Assembly (NCBI GenBank): GCA_026416845.1
Contig: JAOAEL010000005.1
Span: 229-64,228 of the forward strand
Length of the DNA: 64,000 nt
Origin: Patescibacteria group bacterium
GTDB taxonomy: Bacteria > Patescibacteriota > Microgenomatia > UBA8517
Direction: 5' to 3'
This document shows, one piece after another, positions 11,528 through 21,781 of this stretch (within the stretch, counting starts at the first letter, position 1; each line of letters opens with the position of its first letter). The position numbers and the translations under genes are program-made. The notes beneath the pieces were generated by a model. The model did not search any database. It worked only from the letters and a program-made list of their open reading frames with translations, and was not told the DNA's origin.

Positions 11528-14500
11528 TTAATTCTTTAAATCTTTACCCCAATTATTTACATTAGAATTTTTATTTTCAGCAATATCGTTTTCAGAAACA
11601 ACAAGATTTGCATTTTGATCTTTCATACTTTTATCAAAATCTTGATTATTAGAATTAGAATAAATGCCACCTTTTGGTTCCACGCAAAGACCCAAAGCAT
11701 TAAGCTCCCTTACCAAAACCTTAAAACTTTCAGGAACAGTAGCTTCTGGTATATCAACACCTTTAACAATGGCTTCAAAAGCCTTGGCTCTTCCAACAAC
11801 ATCATCAGATTTTACAGTTAACATTTCCTGTAAGGTATATGCTGCTCTATGAGATTCTAAACACCAAACTTCCATCTCTCCAAGACGCTGTCCGCCCATC
11901 TGAGCCTTACCACCAAGCGGCTGCTGAGTTACCAAAGAATAAGGCCCAGTGCTCCGCGCATGTGTTTTATCTTCAACCATATGCTTAAGTTTAAGAATAT
12001 AATTAACACCAACTACAGTATCTTCTTCAAAAGGCTCTCCTGTTCTACCATCATACAAACGAGCTTTCCCATTTACAGGAAGACCTGCAATTTTTAGCTG
12101 CTCTGCAATTACTTTGCTATCAATTTTGTCAAATACAGGAACAGCCCCAAATTTTTTTTGTTTTTGGAGTGCCCACCCTAAATGAGTTTCTAAAAGCTGT
12201 CCCAAATTCATTCTTGCAAGAACAGACAAAGGAGAAATTATAATATCTACAGGAGTGCCATCTTCAAGATAAGGCATATCTGCAATTGGCATTATTTTTG
12301 CTATAACACCTTTGTTTCCGTGTCTACCAGCAACTTTATCTCCAACAGCAATTTTTCTCATTTGAGCTACACGAACAATAACTCTTTCTATTACACCAGG
12401 ACCGAGTTCATCACCTTTATCCCTACTTAATTTTCTTACATCCACAACTATTCCACGTTCACCATGAGGCACACGAAGAGAAGTATCTCTAACATCTCTA
12501 GCTTTTTCACCAAAAATAGCTCTTAGAAGTCTTTCTTCAGCAGTCAATTCCGTTTCCCCTTTAGGAGCAATTTTACCCACTAAAATATCGTTTGGTTTCA
12601 CTTCTGCACCTATAACTACTATCCCATCTGAGGCTAAATTTCTAAGCTCTTGCTCCGGAACATTTGGTATATCTCTAGTAAGTTCTTCAGGACCAAGCTT
12701 TGTATCTACAACATCTACTTCATATTCTTCAATATGGATCGAGGTCAAAAGATCTTCTGTGACAAGCCTTTGAGAAACCAGTATTGCATCTTCAAACCCA
12801 TAACCTTCAAAAGACATGTAAGCAATAATAAGATTTCTACCTAAAGCTAAATCTCCATTCTCAATTGCCGGACCATCTGCCAAAAGGTCTCCTTTTTTGA
12901 CTATTTGACCTGGACGCACTCTTACTACTTGGTTATAACAAGTTGAATTGGCAGTTTTTTTAAATTTAGTTAAATAGTAAACTTCACGCCTACCTTCATC
13001 TGTCAATTCAACATCTTCTTCCACGTTTGCTTTTTGATTTACAGGTTCATCTAAAAACAACTCTATTCTATTTGAATCAGCATAAACAACCTTTCCAGAA
13101 TGCAAAGCTTTAATATGTCTTCGCATGCCATCTGCAACATGTTTTTCCATACCAGTACCAACAATTGGTGCTGAAGGATTAATCAAAGGAACTGCCTGAC
13201 ATTGCATATTGGCTCCCATTAATGCCCTATTGCCTTCATCGTTATTCAAAAACGGTATAAGAGAAGAAGACGCTCCAACAACTTGTCTTGGAGAAATATC
13301 AACAAAATCTACAAGTTCAACTGGACCTTCATTTATAGAATTGCGAAATCTTATAGGTACTCTTGGATCTAAAATATACCCCTCTTTGTCTAAATTTATT
13401 GAAGAATGGGTTATGTGTACATTTTCTTCATCTTCCGCATCAAGGTAAACAATTTCATCAGTAACTTTGACAAAAATTTTATCTCCCTTTTTAACTTTTT
13501 CGACTTTTCTATAAGGAGACTCTATAAACCCATACTCGTTGACCCTTGAATAAAGAGCTAAATAAGTAACTAAACCAATATTTTGCCCTTCTGGGGTTCG
13601 CACAGGATCTATCCTTCCATACTGAGAAGCATTAACATCTCGAATTGAAAAAGAAGCTCTGTCACGACTAATTCCACCCGGGCCCAAAACAGAAACTCGT
13701 CTTAAATTGTCAATTTCAGAAAGAGGATTTGTATCGTCGATTATCGTGGAAAGTTGATTTGATCTGAAAAACTCATTTATCGCTGCTATAAGGGGACGAG
13801 CGTTAATAAGAGTTGCAGGTAAAGGCTTATCTTCAGGTGAAATTAAACTCATTTTTTCTTTGATTGACCTTTCTAGTCTTAGCAAACCAATTCTAAAAGC
13901 ATGAGTAGAAACAAGCTCTCCAACTCTTTTAAGTCTTCTATTTGCTAAATGATCTATATCATCAACTTTCCCTTCTCCATTTTGCAACTTTATTAAATAA
14001 TTAATTGTAAACACAATATCTTGCTTGTTTAAAACCCAATTTTCGGGAACATTAGGGATGTTAAGGGAAAGCTTCTTGTTTATTTTAAACCTGCCAACTT
14101 TACCCAAATTATATCTTCTATTATCAAAGAATAAACTATGAAAAAAATTTTCAGCATTTTCCAATATTACTGGCTCACTTGGCCTCATCTTTCTGTATAT
14201 TTCCAAAAGAGCATCTTCCTTGGAAAAGGTAGTATCCTTAGCCAAAGTAGAATCTATATAACTTAAATAAACATATTGACTATCTTTGCCATAAAATTCA
14301 AACAAAGATTTGATTTCTTCTTTGTTTTCAATTCCCATAGCACGAAGAATTGTAGTTGCAAACACTTTCCTTTTTTTATCTATACGAGCAACTATTACAT
14401 TATTTCTAGTTACTTCAAACTCCAACCAAGACCCATGCATAGGGCGAATTTCAGCTTTATAAAGCATTCTGCCACTGGCAGCATCTAATTCTCCTGAAAA

Positions 14501-14926
14501 GTAAACACCAGGACTCCTAACAATTTGATTTATGACAACTCTTTCAATACCGTTTATTATAAAAGTTCCTCTAGAAGTCATTTGTGGAATTTCTCCCAAA
14601 AAAACCTCTTGTACTTTTTTATCTCCTGTTCTTTTGTTAACCAATGTCGCAGTAACACGAAGAGGAATAGAATAGTTTAATCCTTTTTCTTGAGCTTTTT
14701 TTGGAGTAATTTTTGGTTCTCCAAAAATAGGATTCTCCAAAATTATTTGCCAGTTTTTACCCGTAAAATCATCAATAGGAGAGATTTCACGCAAATCTTC
14801 AGATACTCCAAAACTTATAAAATCTTTCCAAGACTCACGCTGCACAAGAGACAAATCCAAAGGGGGTAGATCTTTTTCTTCTTTCCCAAAGTTTACCCTA
14901 CTAATGGTATTAAAAACTAAACTCAT
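11528..14926 (-). CDS. rpoB: DNA-directed RNA polymerase subunit beta
   Basis: 1132 aa. Conserved beta-subunit blocks: GEMEVWCLESHRAAYTLQEMLTVKSDD, GNKGVIAKIMPIADMPYLEDGTPVD. About 50 aa low-complexity N/D/K-rich C-terminal extension. Confidence 0.93.
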   Translation of the reverse strand: MSLVFNTISRVNFGKEEKDLPPLDLSLVQRESWKDFISFGVSEDLREISPIDDFTGKNWQIILENPIFGEPKITPKKAQEKGLNYSIPLRVTATLVNKRTGDKKVQEVFLGEIPQMTSRGTFIINGIERVVINQIVRSPGVYFSGELDAASGRMLYKAEIRPMHGSWLEFEVTRNNVIVARIDKKRKVFATTILRAMGIENKEEIKSLFEFYGKDSQYVYLSYIDSTLAKDTTFSKEDALLEIYRKMRPSEPVILENAENFFHSLFFDNRRYNLGKVGRFKINKKLSLNIPNVPENWVLNKQDIVFTINYLIKLQNGEGKVDDIDHLANRRLKRVGELVSTHAFRIGLLRLERSIKEKMSLISPEDKPLPATLINARPLIAAINEFFRSNQLSTIIDDTNPLSEIDNLRRVSVLGPGGISRDRASFSIRDVNASQYGRIDPVRTPEGQNIGLVTYLALYSRVNEYGFIESPYRKVEKVKKGDKIFVKVTDEIVYLDAEDEENVHITHSSINLDKEGYILDPRVPIRFRNSINEGPVELVDFVDISPRQVVGASSSLIPFLNNDEGNRALMGANMQCQAVPLINPSAPIVGTGMEKHVADGMRRHIKALHSGKVVYADSNRIELFLDEPVNQKANVEEDVELTDEGRREVYYLTKFKKTANSTCYNQVVRVRPGQIVKKGDLLADGPAIENGDLALGRNLIIAYMSFEGYGFEDAILVSQRLVTEDLLTSIHIEEYEVDVVDTKLGPEELTRDIPNVPEQELRNLASDGIVVIGAEVKPNDILVGKIAPKGETELTAEERLLRAIFGEKARDVRDTSLRVPHGERGIVVDVRKLSRDKGDELGPGVIERVIVRVAQMRKIAVGDKVAGRHGNKGVIAKIMPIADMPYLEDGTPVDIIISPLSVLARMNLGQLLETHLGWALQKQKKFGAVPVFDKIDSKVIAEQLKIAGLPVNGKARLYDGRTGEPFEEDTVVGVNYILKLKHMVEDKTHARSTGPYSLVTQQPLGGKAQMGGQRLGEMEVWCLESHRAAYTLQEMLTVKSDDVVGRAKAFEAIVKGVDIPEATVPESFKVLVRELNALGLCVEPKGGIYSNSNNQDFDKSMKDQNANLVVSENDIAENKNSNVNNWGKDLKN

Positions 14927-15059
14927 TGGAATTTATTATTTTAGTATGAAGTTTTATCAAAAAAAGATATTAAATACACTTCTCAGAATTATAGATAAAT
15001 AAAATTTAATGTCAATATACAATTTATCTTGTTATCTTTATATCTTATTTCAAAATATC

Positions 15060-16070
15060 TTATTTCAAATAAAGTTTTATATTTTCGTTGTGTTCTTTTA
15101 ATGTTTTGGCAAAATAAACTTTGCCATTCAAATCATGGATATAATACCTATACTCAGTTTGTTGAGGATAGATAACAGCTTTTATAGAAGATAATCCTGG
15201 ATTGCAAATCGGGGTAGGAGGTAATCCTTGATATTTATAAACATTATAAGGACTATCTAGATTAGTATAGTCATTCTTTGTTATCTTGGGCCACCAATTA
15301 GTACAAACTCCAACATTTTTGCATTGCAAATTCGCAAGGCCATATTGTAATGCTGCATCTGTTTGAAGCAAAAATCCTTCCTTAAGTCTGGCTAGTAATA
15401 AACCCGCAATAATTGGTCTTTCTTGCTCTGTTTTTGTCTCCCTTTCAATAATTGAAGCTAATACAATAACTTGACTTAGAGTCTTACCTTGTTTTGCAAT
15501 ATCAGCCCGCATTTGCTGATCAACCCGTTTCTCAAAATTATCTAACATTATATCAACAATTTTTTGAGGAGAAACGTTTTTAGGCATAAGATATGTATCT
15601 GGGAAAAGATACCCTTCTTTATCCAGTGTTAATCGTAAAAATTCATCACGAAAATCATCAGCTTCAACATCAGAAATCTCAAGTGCTTCAACTAAACGCT
15701 GAACAATTTCCTCACGCCTAAGTCCTTCAGGAATAGAAATCCAAACCTCTGTGGGACCTTTCAACAAAATCGAAATCACTTCCGAAAGAGTGTAAGATGA
15801 TGAAAGCAAGTATTCACCTGAAGGAATTTTATCTGATAATCCCTTTAATTGAACATAAATCTTAAAAGCAAGCGGACTTTTTATAAAACCTTGTCTATAC
15901 AACTCCGTCCCAATACTTTCAGCACTTTGACCTTTTTTAATTAAAAACTTTTTTTCTTCACCTACATTTGAAACAGCAGAAGAAGAGCTCTTCCACCACA
16001 AATAGCTAACCAATAACAACACAAAAAAAATTGCAAAAAAGAAAATTATTGTTTTTGAAAATCTTTTCAT
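15060..16070 (-). CDS. mltG: endolytic murein transglycosylase MltG (YceG-like)
   Basis: N-terminal TM, then FLIKKGQSAESIGTELYRQGFIKSPLAFKIY...IPEGLRREEI... are typical YceG/MltG blocks. Confidence 0.75.
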   Translation of the reverse strand: MKRFSKTIIFFFAIFFVLLLVSYLWWKSSSSAVSNVGEEKKFLIKKGQSAESIGTELYRQGFIKSPLAFKIYVQLKGLSDKIPSGEYLLSSSYTLSEVISILLKGPTEVWISIPEGLRREEIVQRLVEALEISDVEADDFRDEFLRLTLDKEGYLFPDTYLMPKNVSPQKIVDIMLDNFEKRVDQQMRADIAKQGKTLSQVIVLASIIERETKTEQERPIIAGLLLARLKEGFLLQTDAALQYGLANLQCKNVGVCTNWWPKITKNDYTNLDSPYNVYKYQGLPPTPICNPGLSSIKAVIYPQQTEYRYYIHDLNGKVYFAKTLKEHNENIKLYLK

Positions 16071-16238
16071 GCCAAAAGCATTAATTAAGTGTAAGTTAAG
16101 TTAAGTTTAGAAATTTTATTAAAAACTATTTACAATGCCTACTTTACTAAACTATAAATCCAAAAACCAAATATTTCACAAAATTTACACAAAACAGATT
16201 ATTTAAGCATACTATGAAATAAATAGCATACAACACCA

Positions 16239-16631
16239 TCATTTGATTTGTGCATCTAAATAATTCTGCAAAATGATTGCCGCTGCATAAGCGTCTTTCA
16301 TTGCGCGTCTTTTTTTTTGTTTTTTACCACTTTCAATAGAAAGTTTCTGCGCTTCATATGTTGAAAGCGTTTCGTCTCGGAATTTAACTTTGGAAGATGT
16401 ACCATGCTGAAGCCTTCTAGCAAATTTTCTAATTCGACTAGCCATCTCTCCTTCCGAAATGCCTATTACTATTTCATTAACATTACCAAACGATTTAATA
16501 AGATTAGTTAATTTGTTTATCGCATCATCTTCATCTTTAACATTCATAACCATAAGCGGTTCCGCTAAATTACCTTCTGAAACCGCAATGCCAATTTTCT
16601 TTAATCCATAATCTATGCCTACAAACTTCAT
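16239..16631 (-). CDS. ruvX: Holliday-junction resolvase-like nuclease RuvX/YqgF
   Basis: MKFVGIDYGLKKIGIAVSEG... N-terminus and a size of about 130 aa. Confidence 0.75.
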   Translation of the reverse strand: MKFVGIDYGLKKIGIAVSEGNLAEPLMVMNVKDEDDAINKLTNLIKSFGNVNEIVIGISEGEMASRIRKFARRLQHGTSSKVKFRDETLSTYEAQKLSIESGKKQKKRRAMKDAYAAAIILQNYLDAQIK

Positions 16632-16683
16632 AAGTAAGTTTCAAAAAAAAGACTAAATTTTTTTCACAATACGATTGTTAAAA

Positions 16684-17376
16684 CTACATATCAAAAGGCG
16701 CCAACCTAGCTCTCACTATCAATCTCCTCGGCTTAAGTGGATGTCCTGGTGGAGTACACGTAACCAAAGTTAAATATGATCCAGATTTAGACTGTTCTAA
16801 TATTTGAATATCTGTAGGTCTTACTTCAAACATCGACTCTACTTGATACTTATAAGTAACACTATCATAAAACACATAAACTTCATCACCTTTACTTAGG
16901 CGAGGGAGTGTAGAAAATATCGAAAGATAATTTTTGGGATCAAAGTATTGTGGCAAAATTGAATGCCCAAAAATAACCGTATTCCCAATTTTACCAGGAA
17001 GAGCTGTGCCAGGATATTGGATTAATGAATCTGATAAATCTTCTGACCCTATTGCAACCCTTGCGTTTGCAATACCTAATTTCGGTATAGAAAGCGAGAA
17101 ATAAGTTTGTACCTTAGCGTTAAATTGTATATTATCATCATTTTGGATCCAATTACTAGCTTTAGTTAAATCTTTCGCAACAAAATCTAAGTCATTTGAT
17201 TCTTTAACCTCGACAGCCACAATCGGATATAAAAGGCTCGGATATTTATTGGCATATTCCCACTCATAAGCCAAAATAGGAAACACTGTAGAGAATATAA
17301 TAATTAAACCAGACACACCAACTACTAAAGCACAAAATCGAATCAAACGATTATGATTATATATCATATGAATCAA
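16684..17376 (-). CDS. sortase (transpeptidase)
   Basis: N-terminal TM. Catalytic triad context: FGHS (His), TLVTC (Cys), RLIVRARL (Arg). Confidence 0.75.
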   Translation of the reverse strand: MIHMIYNHNRLIRFCALVVGVSGLIIIFSTVFPILAYEWEYANKYPSLLYPIVAVEVKESNDLDFVAKDLTKASNWIQNDDNIQFNAKVQTYFSLSIPKLGIANARVAIGSEDLSDSLIQYPGTALPGKIGNTVIFGHSILPQYFDPKNYLSIFSTLPRLSKGDEVYVFYDSVTYKYQVESMFEVRPTDIQILEQSKSGSYLTLVTCTPPGHPLKPRRLIVRARLAPFDM

Positions 17377-17450
17377 AACTGAATTTTAAAAATGTTAATC
17401 TGAATTATTGGTTTTGCTAAAAAAAACAAAAATATTCTAAAATCATTATT

Positions 17451-19769
17451 TTACTTTTCAGAAGCAATTTGAACATCAATATTTTTTACAACCTGCGGCA
17501 AAGTCCCTAACTTGACAGGCAATTTGGGTTTAAGTTTAATCTCAGCTCGAACATATCCAGGCACCTCATTTTGCAAAATTTCCTCCGCAATTTCAGGATA
17601 TTTTCCTCTTATTTTTTGACTAATTAAATCTGGATTTACTTGAGGAAGTAAATTTACAGAAACAAAGATGTCAAAAAAATAAAAATTGTCATCTTTTTTA
17701 ATTAAACTGAAATAAAAGTCAATTTGATCTTGACGTAAAACAAAACCTTCAGGAATTTTGGAGTTTACAATTGATTCAACAAAATCCAAAATTTTGGATT
17801 TATCAAGAGTCAAAGCCTTAACTGTTACATCAAGAAAAAGTTCGACACTATTAGCTTCTGCGCCAACATTATGCGAAAATCGACTTTCATTGGTAATTAC
17901 TTCAAATGAATCATTTATAAGAACTTCATCTAAAGATAATAACTCTTCAAACTCAGACTTGGCTATCAAAACAAGTTCTTCTTTTAAGCTATTTGTCAAC
18001 TCTTTGTGATCATTAACAGTAACAGCAGCAACTTCCCGACTTGTACCTCCTGAAAAGGCATTTTGATTTTTACCTTCAATATCACTAACTGAATAATTAG
18101 AAACTAAAAAAGATGCCCCAGCTGCCAAATTATAATCTGCACCAATTTGCATAGCAGTAACAGATACCTTTGACTCTGAAGGAGAGCTTGCAGAACCACT
18201 AGCAACAACAACATCATCATCTAAAGTAAATTTTAGACCTCCCGGACCAGCTAAAATTGTTCCTGCTTTTAACACTATTTGAGAACCAACTCTATATAAA
18301 GTAACTTCGCCTTTTGCTTTCTCCCCAATAATTTTTGTTCCGGAAGTTTCCTTTGTCTTCCTACCAGAAACATTAGTCTTTATAATGTTCCCATATAAAA
18401 TTCCAGAATTTATATCTTCTTCTTTTGCGTTTTCAACAACTTTTAGTTGAAACTTTTCTTCCAACTTTCTTGGGGAAACATAAATTACAACTTCTGCAGT
18501 TGGATAATTCCACCAAAAAATAAAGAATCCCAAAAAAACAAGCAAAAAAACAAAAAAAGCAGCAACAAATTTTATTTTCACAATTGAAATTAAACGGTTA
18601 AAAAAAGAGGTCAAAAAGTAAGGTTTAAAAAGTGTAAAACTTTTGATAATTTTCTGATCTTTAGAATTATCATGCATATGCTCTTGATTTTGGAATTTTT
18701 GAACAGAACTTTGATCGTTCTGAGATACAGCAACTTTTTCGTCTTGATAGTGTTCAATTACACCCAAATTTTCAAAATCATTAACTTCACCGCTTAAATT
18801 GTTGCCTAGATTAGTTAAGTTTTTATGCATTTCTTCAAAAAAACTATTATCAAAAGACTTGGTTTCAAATCCAAAATACTTCGGTGGCAAATCTTCTTGA
18901 TTTTGATTTTGTAAAAAATTAGCATCCTCTTTAAAAACTATTTCGTCAACTTTAGAAGAAAAACTATTGTCAGTGTTTGCTAATCCCGATAACGACAATC
19001 CTTTAGCGTGTGCAATTTCAACCCCACCACCAAGGGAAACCGCTCGCACTTTCTCGTCACACGTAAAAACTTCCACTTTGGGTTGATGGGTAAACCGTAA
19101 ATTTACAAATTCTTTCCAATTAAATGCTAACAAATCTTGTCTTAAATCTTCCAACTCAGATTCTTTTCCTCCATACAAAACAAAACGATTGGGAATTCCG
19201 TCCGAAATGGAAAATCTTACTAACCCTTCAATAACATCCTCAACTAAAGAAACGCTTTTTAAAACTGATGTAACACCAACCAAATTTCCCAGTTTAAATA
19301 CAGATATTTCAACAAATTTTTTATAACATCCAATAAAAACAGCAGAAACAGAAGAATGTTCTTGGTATTTCAAATAAAGAGCAATTGCCTCTGGCAAGAC
19401 AACAAAACCAATAGGCTTTAAGCCAAGTTGCTCACACAAACTTTTTATTTCTGATAAATAATTAGGCTTTATAGCTCCATCCGCCAACCAGCTATTAGTA
19501 ACTCCAAAAACCGTTTTTGCAGGATCTTTAGCATTTGAAGGTAATTCTGAAACAACAGAAGATAACGCAGAGTCCGTAGCATCAACTAAATCTTGAAAAG
19601 ACTCCCAAGCTATAGCTGGACTAATGTGAGTTACTTGCACTATGCCCTCTACAACACGCCAAGCACCAACTTGAACAAAATTCGGTTCTATCAAAAGTGC
19701 CCAAAAATATTCTTCATTATTTTTTACAAGATTTCTATTCTGAATGGGCAGGAATTTTTTTAGGTCCAT
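17451..19769 (-). CDS. hypothetical bitopic membrane protein: degenerate actin-like (PilM/FtsA/GspL-like) cytoplasmic domain + TM + large extracellular domain
   Basis: 772 aa. N-terminal about 390 aa align loosely to the PilM/FtsA ASKHA fold (…LCEQLGLKPIGFVVLPEAIALYL…, …FIGCYKKFVEISVFKLG…) but lack the nucleotide-binding Asp/Gly residues. Single TM (FVAAFFVFLLVFLGFFIFWW). About 350 aa follow after the TM. Confidence 0.3.
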   Translation of the reverse strand: MDLKKFLPIQNRNLVKNNEEYFWALLIEPNFVQVGAWRVVEGIVQVTHISPAIAWESFQDLVDATDSALSSVVSELPSNAKDPAKTVFGVTNSWLADGAIKPNYLSEIKSLCEQLGLKPIGFVVLPEAIALYLKYQEHSSVSAVFIGCYKKFVEISVFKLGNLVGVTSVLKSVSLVEDVIEGLVRFSISDGIPNRFVLYGGKESELEDLRQDLLAFNWKEFVNLRFTHQPKVEVFTCDEKVRAVSLGGGVEIAHAKGLSLSGLANTDNSFSSKVDEIVFKEDANFLQNQNQEDLPPKYFGFETKSFDNSFFEEMHKNLTNLGNNLSGEVNDFENLGVIEHYQDEKVAVSQNDQSSVQKFQNQEHMHDNSKDQKIIKSFTLFKPYFLTSFFNRLISIVKIKFVAAFFVFLLVFLGFFIFWWNYPTAEVVIYVSPRKLEEKFQLKVVENAKEEDINSGILYGNIIKTNVSGRKTKETSGTKIIGEKAKGEVTLYRVGSQIVLKAGTILAGPGGLKFTLDDDVVVASGSASSPSESKVSVTAMQIGADYNLAAGASFLVSNYSVSDIEGKNQNAFSGGTSREVAAVTVNDHKELTNSLKEELVLIAKSEFEELLSLDEVLINDSFEVITNESRFSHNVGAEANSVELFLDVTVKALTLDKSKILDFVESIVNSKIPEGFVLRQDQIDFYFSLIKKDDNFYFFDIFVSVNLLPQVNPDLISQKIRGKYPEIAEEILQNEVPGYVRAEIKLKPKLPVKLGTLPQVVKNIDVQIASEK

Positions 19770-19797
19770 TTTTATTTCTTTGTTTTAATGCTTACTG

Positions 19798-21717
19798 CTA
19801 CAAGGTGACATAAAGTCTAATAACACCATCGCCAATTTTCTCTTGCTTTTTTATCCTAACATGACCTATTTCTGAAGTGCGAGCAACATGCGGGCCATTG
19901 CATATTTCTTTGGAAAACCACCCATCAGAATTAAAAGCGCTCAAATTGGCACTTGTATTAGCATCTCCACCAATAGTGTAAACAGACACAATCTCAGGAT
20001 ACCGCTCCAAGAAAAAACCCAAAGCGCCCTGCTTTATAGCCTCATGTTTAGGCATCTCCTGCTTTGTCACAACCAAATCTTGATTTATCGCTTCATTTAT
20101 CATGTCTTCAACTTCTTTTAGTTGATCCTCAGTTAGTTTGGATTGATGGGAAAAATCAAATCTTAGTCTTTCACCGGTAATATGCTGACCTTTTTGAGAA
20201 ACATGTTTACCAAGCACATGCCTCAGAGAAGATTGCAACAAATGTGCAACTGTATGAAGTCTGATAGTCCTTTCTTCTTGATCCGCAAGTCCTCCTTTAA
20301 ACATACCGGCGACAGACGTCCTTGAAATTTCTCTGTGTTTTTTAAATTCTTTTTGAAAAACCAATAACGCGTCTTTTGCAATAACTCCAGATTCACTTTT
20401 TGCTATTTCCTCTGTCAACTCAAAAGGAAAACCGTCGCTTTGATACAAATCAAAAGCAAATTTCCCATCTATTATCTGTTTGTTATAAATTCTTTTTCTT
20501 AGTTTGACTAAACCTGTAGCCAATGTTTTTTCAAACTTCCCAACCTCATTTTCCAAGACTTCCTTTATTTCATTCCAAGGTTTAAGTTGAATTGGGTAAT
20601 CGTCCAATTCCAAATTGGCAATATCAGGTAAAATGCCTCTTTCCACATGCCCTCCATGCAGAAGGGATGCATGAAAAACAGCTCTTCTTATAAGCCTTCG
20701 CAAAACATAGCCTGCCTCTTTATTTGAAGGAGTTACACCACTTGAGATAATCATGGCAGATGCCCTTAAATGATCTGCAACTATTCTTATGCTTGTATCA
20801 ACTTTCGGTGATGATAAATAAGTTACATTGTATTTTGCTTCTATTGGCCTAACAAAGCGTTGCATCAAATCAAGCATAAAAACATCTTGCTGATTGTTTA
20901 CAACCATAGACAAACGCTCTAACCCTCCTCCAAAATCAACATTCTTTTGAGGCAGTTCGGACAACCCACCAACTTCGTTTTTTTTATACTGTATAAAAAC
21001 CGAGTTTCCTATTTCTATAAACCGCCCGCAATCACAATTAATATGACAAGGCTTATCTTTAAATTTGGAATTTTCATGCAATTTAAACTCCGCCCCAAAA
21101 TCGTAAAAGATTTCCGAGTCTGGCCCGCCAATTTCTCCAATTGGCATTTGTTCTGGTGGACCTGACCTGCTCCACCAATTTTTAGAAGCCGGATATGCAA
21201 AGATTCTGGCATTTCTGTTGGCACTTCCAATATCCAAAGTCAAAGATTCCTCAGCAGGGATATCGTAAGAATTGAATATCTCTTTCCAAATTCCTATAGA
21301 AGCGTAATCTTTCTCAACTTCTTCGTTGCCTTCAAAAACGCTAACATATAATCTTCGTGGATCTAAACCCAAACCATATTCTTGATTCACTAAAAATTCA
21401 AAAATAAATGGCAATTGTTGAGACTTGAAATAATCCCCCAAAGACCAATTGCCAAGCATTTCAAAAAAAGTCAAATGCCTGTTATCTCCAACTTCGTTTA
21501 TATCTTGAGTCCGAATGCATGGTTGCGAATTAGTAAGTCTTTTGCCATCTGGATGAGGACTACCCAATAAATAAGGAACCAAAGGTTGCATTCCAGAAGA
21601 AGTAAATAAGGTAGTTGAGTCATTTTCCAATACCAAAGATGCTGGTGATATCTTTTTATGCCCTCTTAAATTTGTAAAATAATTCAGATATCTTTTTCTT
21701 ATCTCGCATGTATTCAT
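19798..21717 (-). CDS. alaS: alanine--tRNA ligase, short form lacking the C-Ala domain
   Basis: Class II catalytic core (FTSSGMQP, CIRTQD). Editing-domain zinc motifs HTVAHLL ... CNGPHV. Only 639 aa. Confidence 0.85.
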   Translation of the reverse strand: MNTCEIRKRYLNYFTNLRGHKKISPASLVLENDSTTLFTSSGMQPLVPYLLGSPHPDGKRLTNSQPCIRTQDINEVGDNRHLTFFEMLGNWSLGDYFKSQQLPFIFEFLVNQEYGLGLDPRRLYVSVFEGNEEVEKDYASIGIWKEIFNSYDIPAEESLTLDIGSANRNARIFAYPASKNWWSRSGPPEQMPIGEIGGPDSEIFYDFGAEFKLHENSKFKDKPCHINCDCGRFIEIGNSVFIQYKKNEVGGLSELPQKNVDFGGGLERLSMVVNNQQDVFMLDLMQRFVRPIEAKYNVTYLSSPKVDTSIRIVADHLRASAMIISSGVTPSNKEAGYVLRRLIRRAVFHASLLHGGHVERGILPDIANLELDDYPIQLKPWNEIKEVLENEVGKFEKTLATGLVKLRKRIYNKQIIDGKFAFDLYQSDGFPFELTEEIAKSESGVIAKDALLVFQKEFKKHREISRTSVAGMFKGGLADQEERTIRLHTVAHLLQSSLRHVLGKHVSQKGQHITGERLRFDFSHQSKLTEDQLKEVEDMINEAINQDLVVTKQEMPKHEAIKQGALGFFLERYPEIVSVYTIGGDANTSANLSAFNSDGWFSKEICNGPHVARTSEIGHVRIKKQEKIGDGVIRLYVTL

Positions 21718-21781
21718 AATTAAGATTATACCTGAATTAAAATTTCTAAAAAAGGGAATGACCTGTTATTGAATTTTTACT

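Noticed and set aside
16684-17376. Treating the sortase + LPDAG protein as a confirmed sortase-substrate pair
   Set aside because: The genes are 37 kb apart. The motif is LPDAG, not LPxTG, and it lacks a basic tail. It is kept only as a hypothesis.
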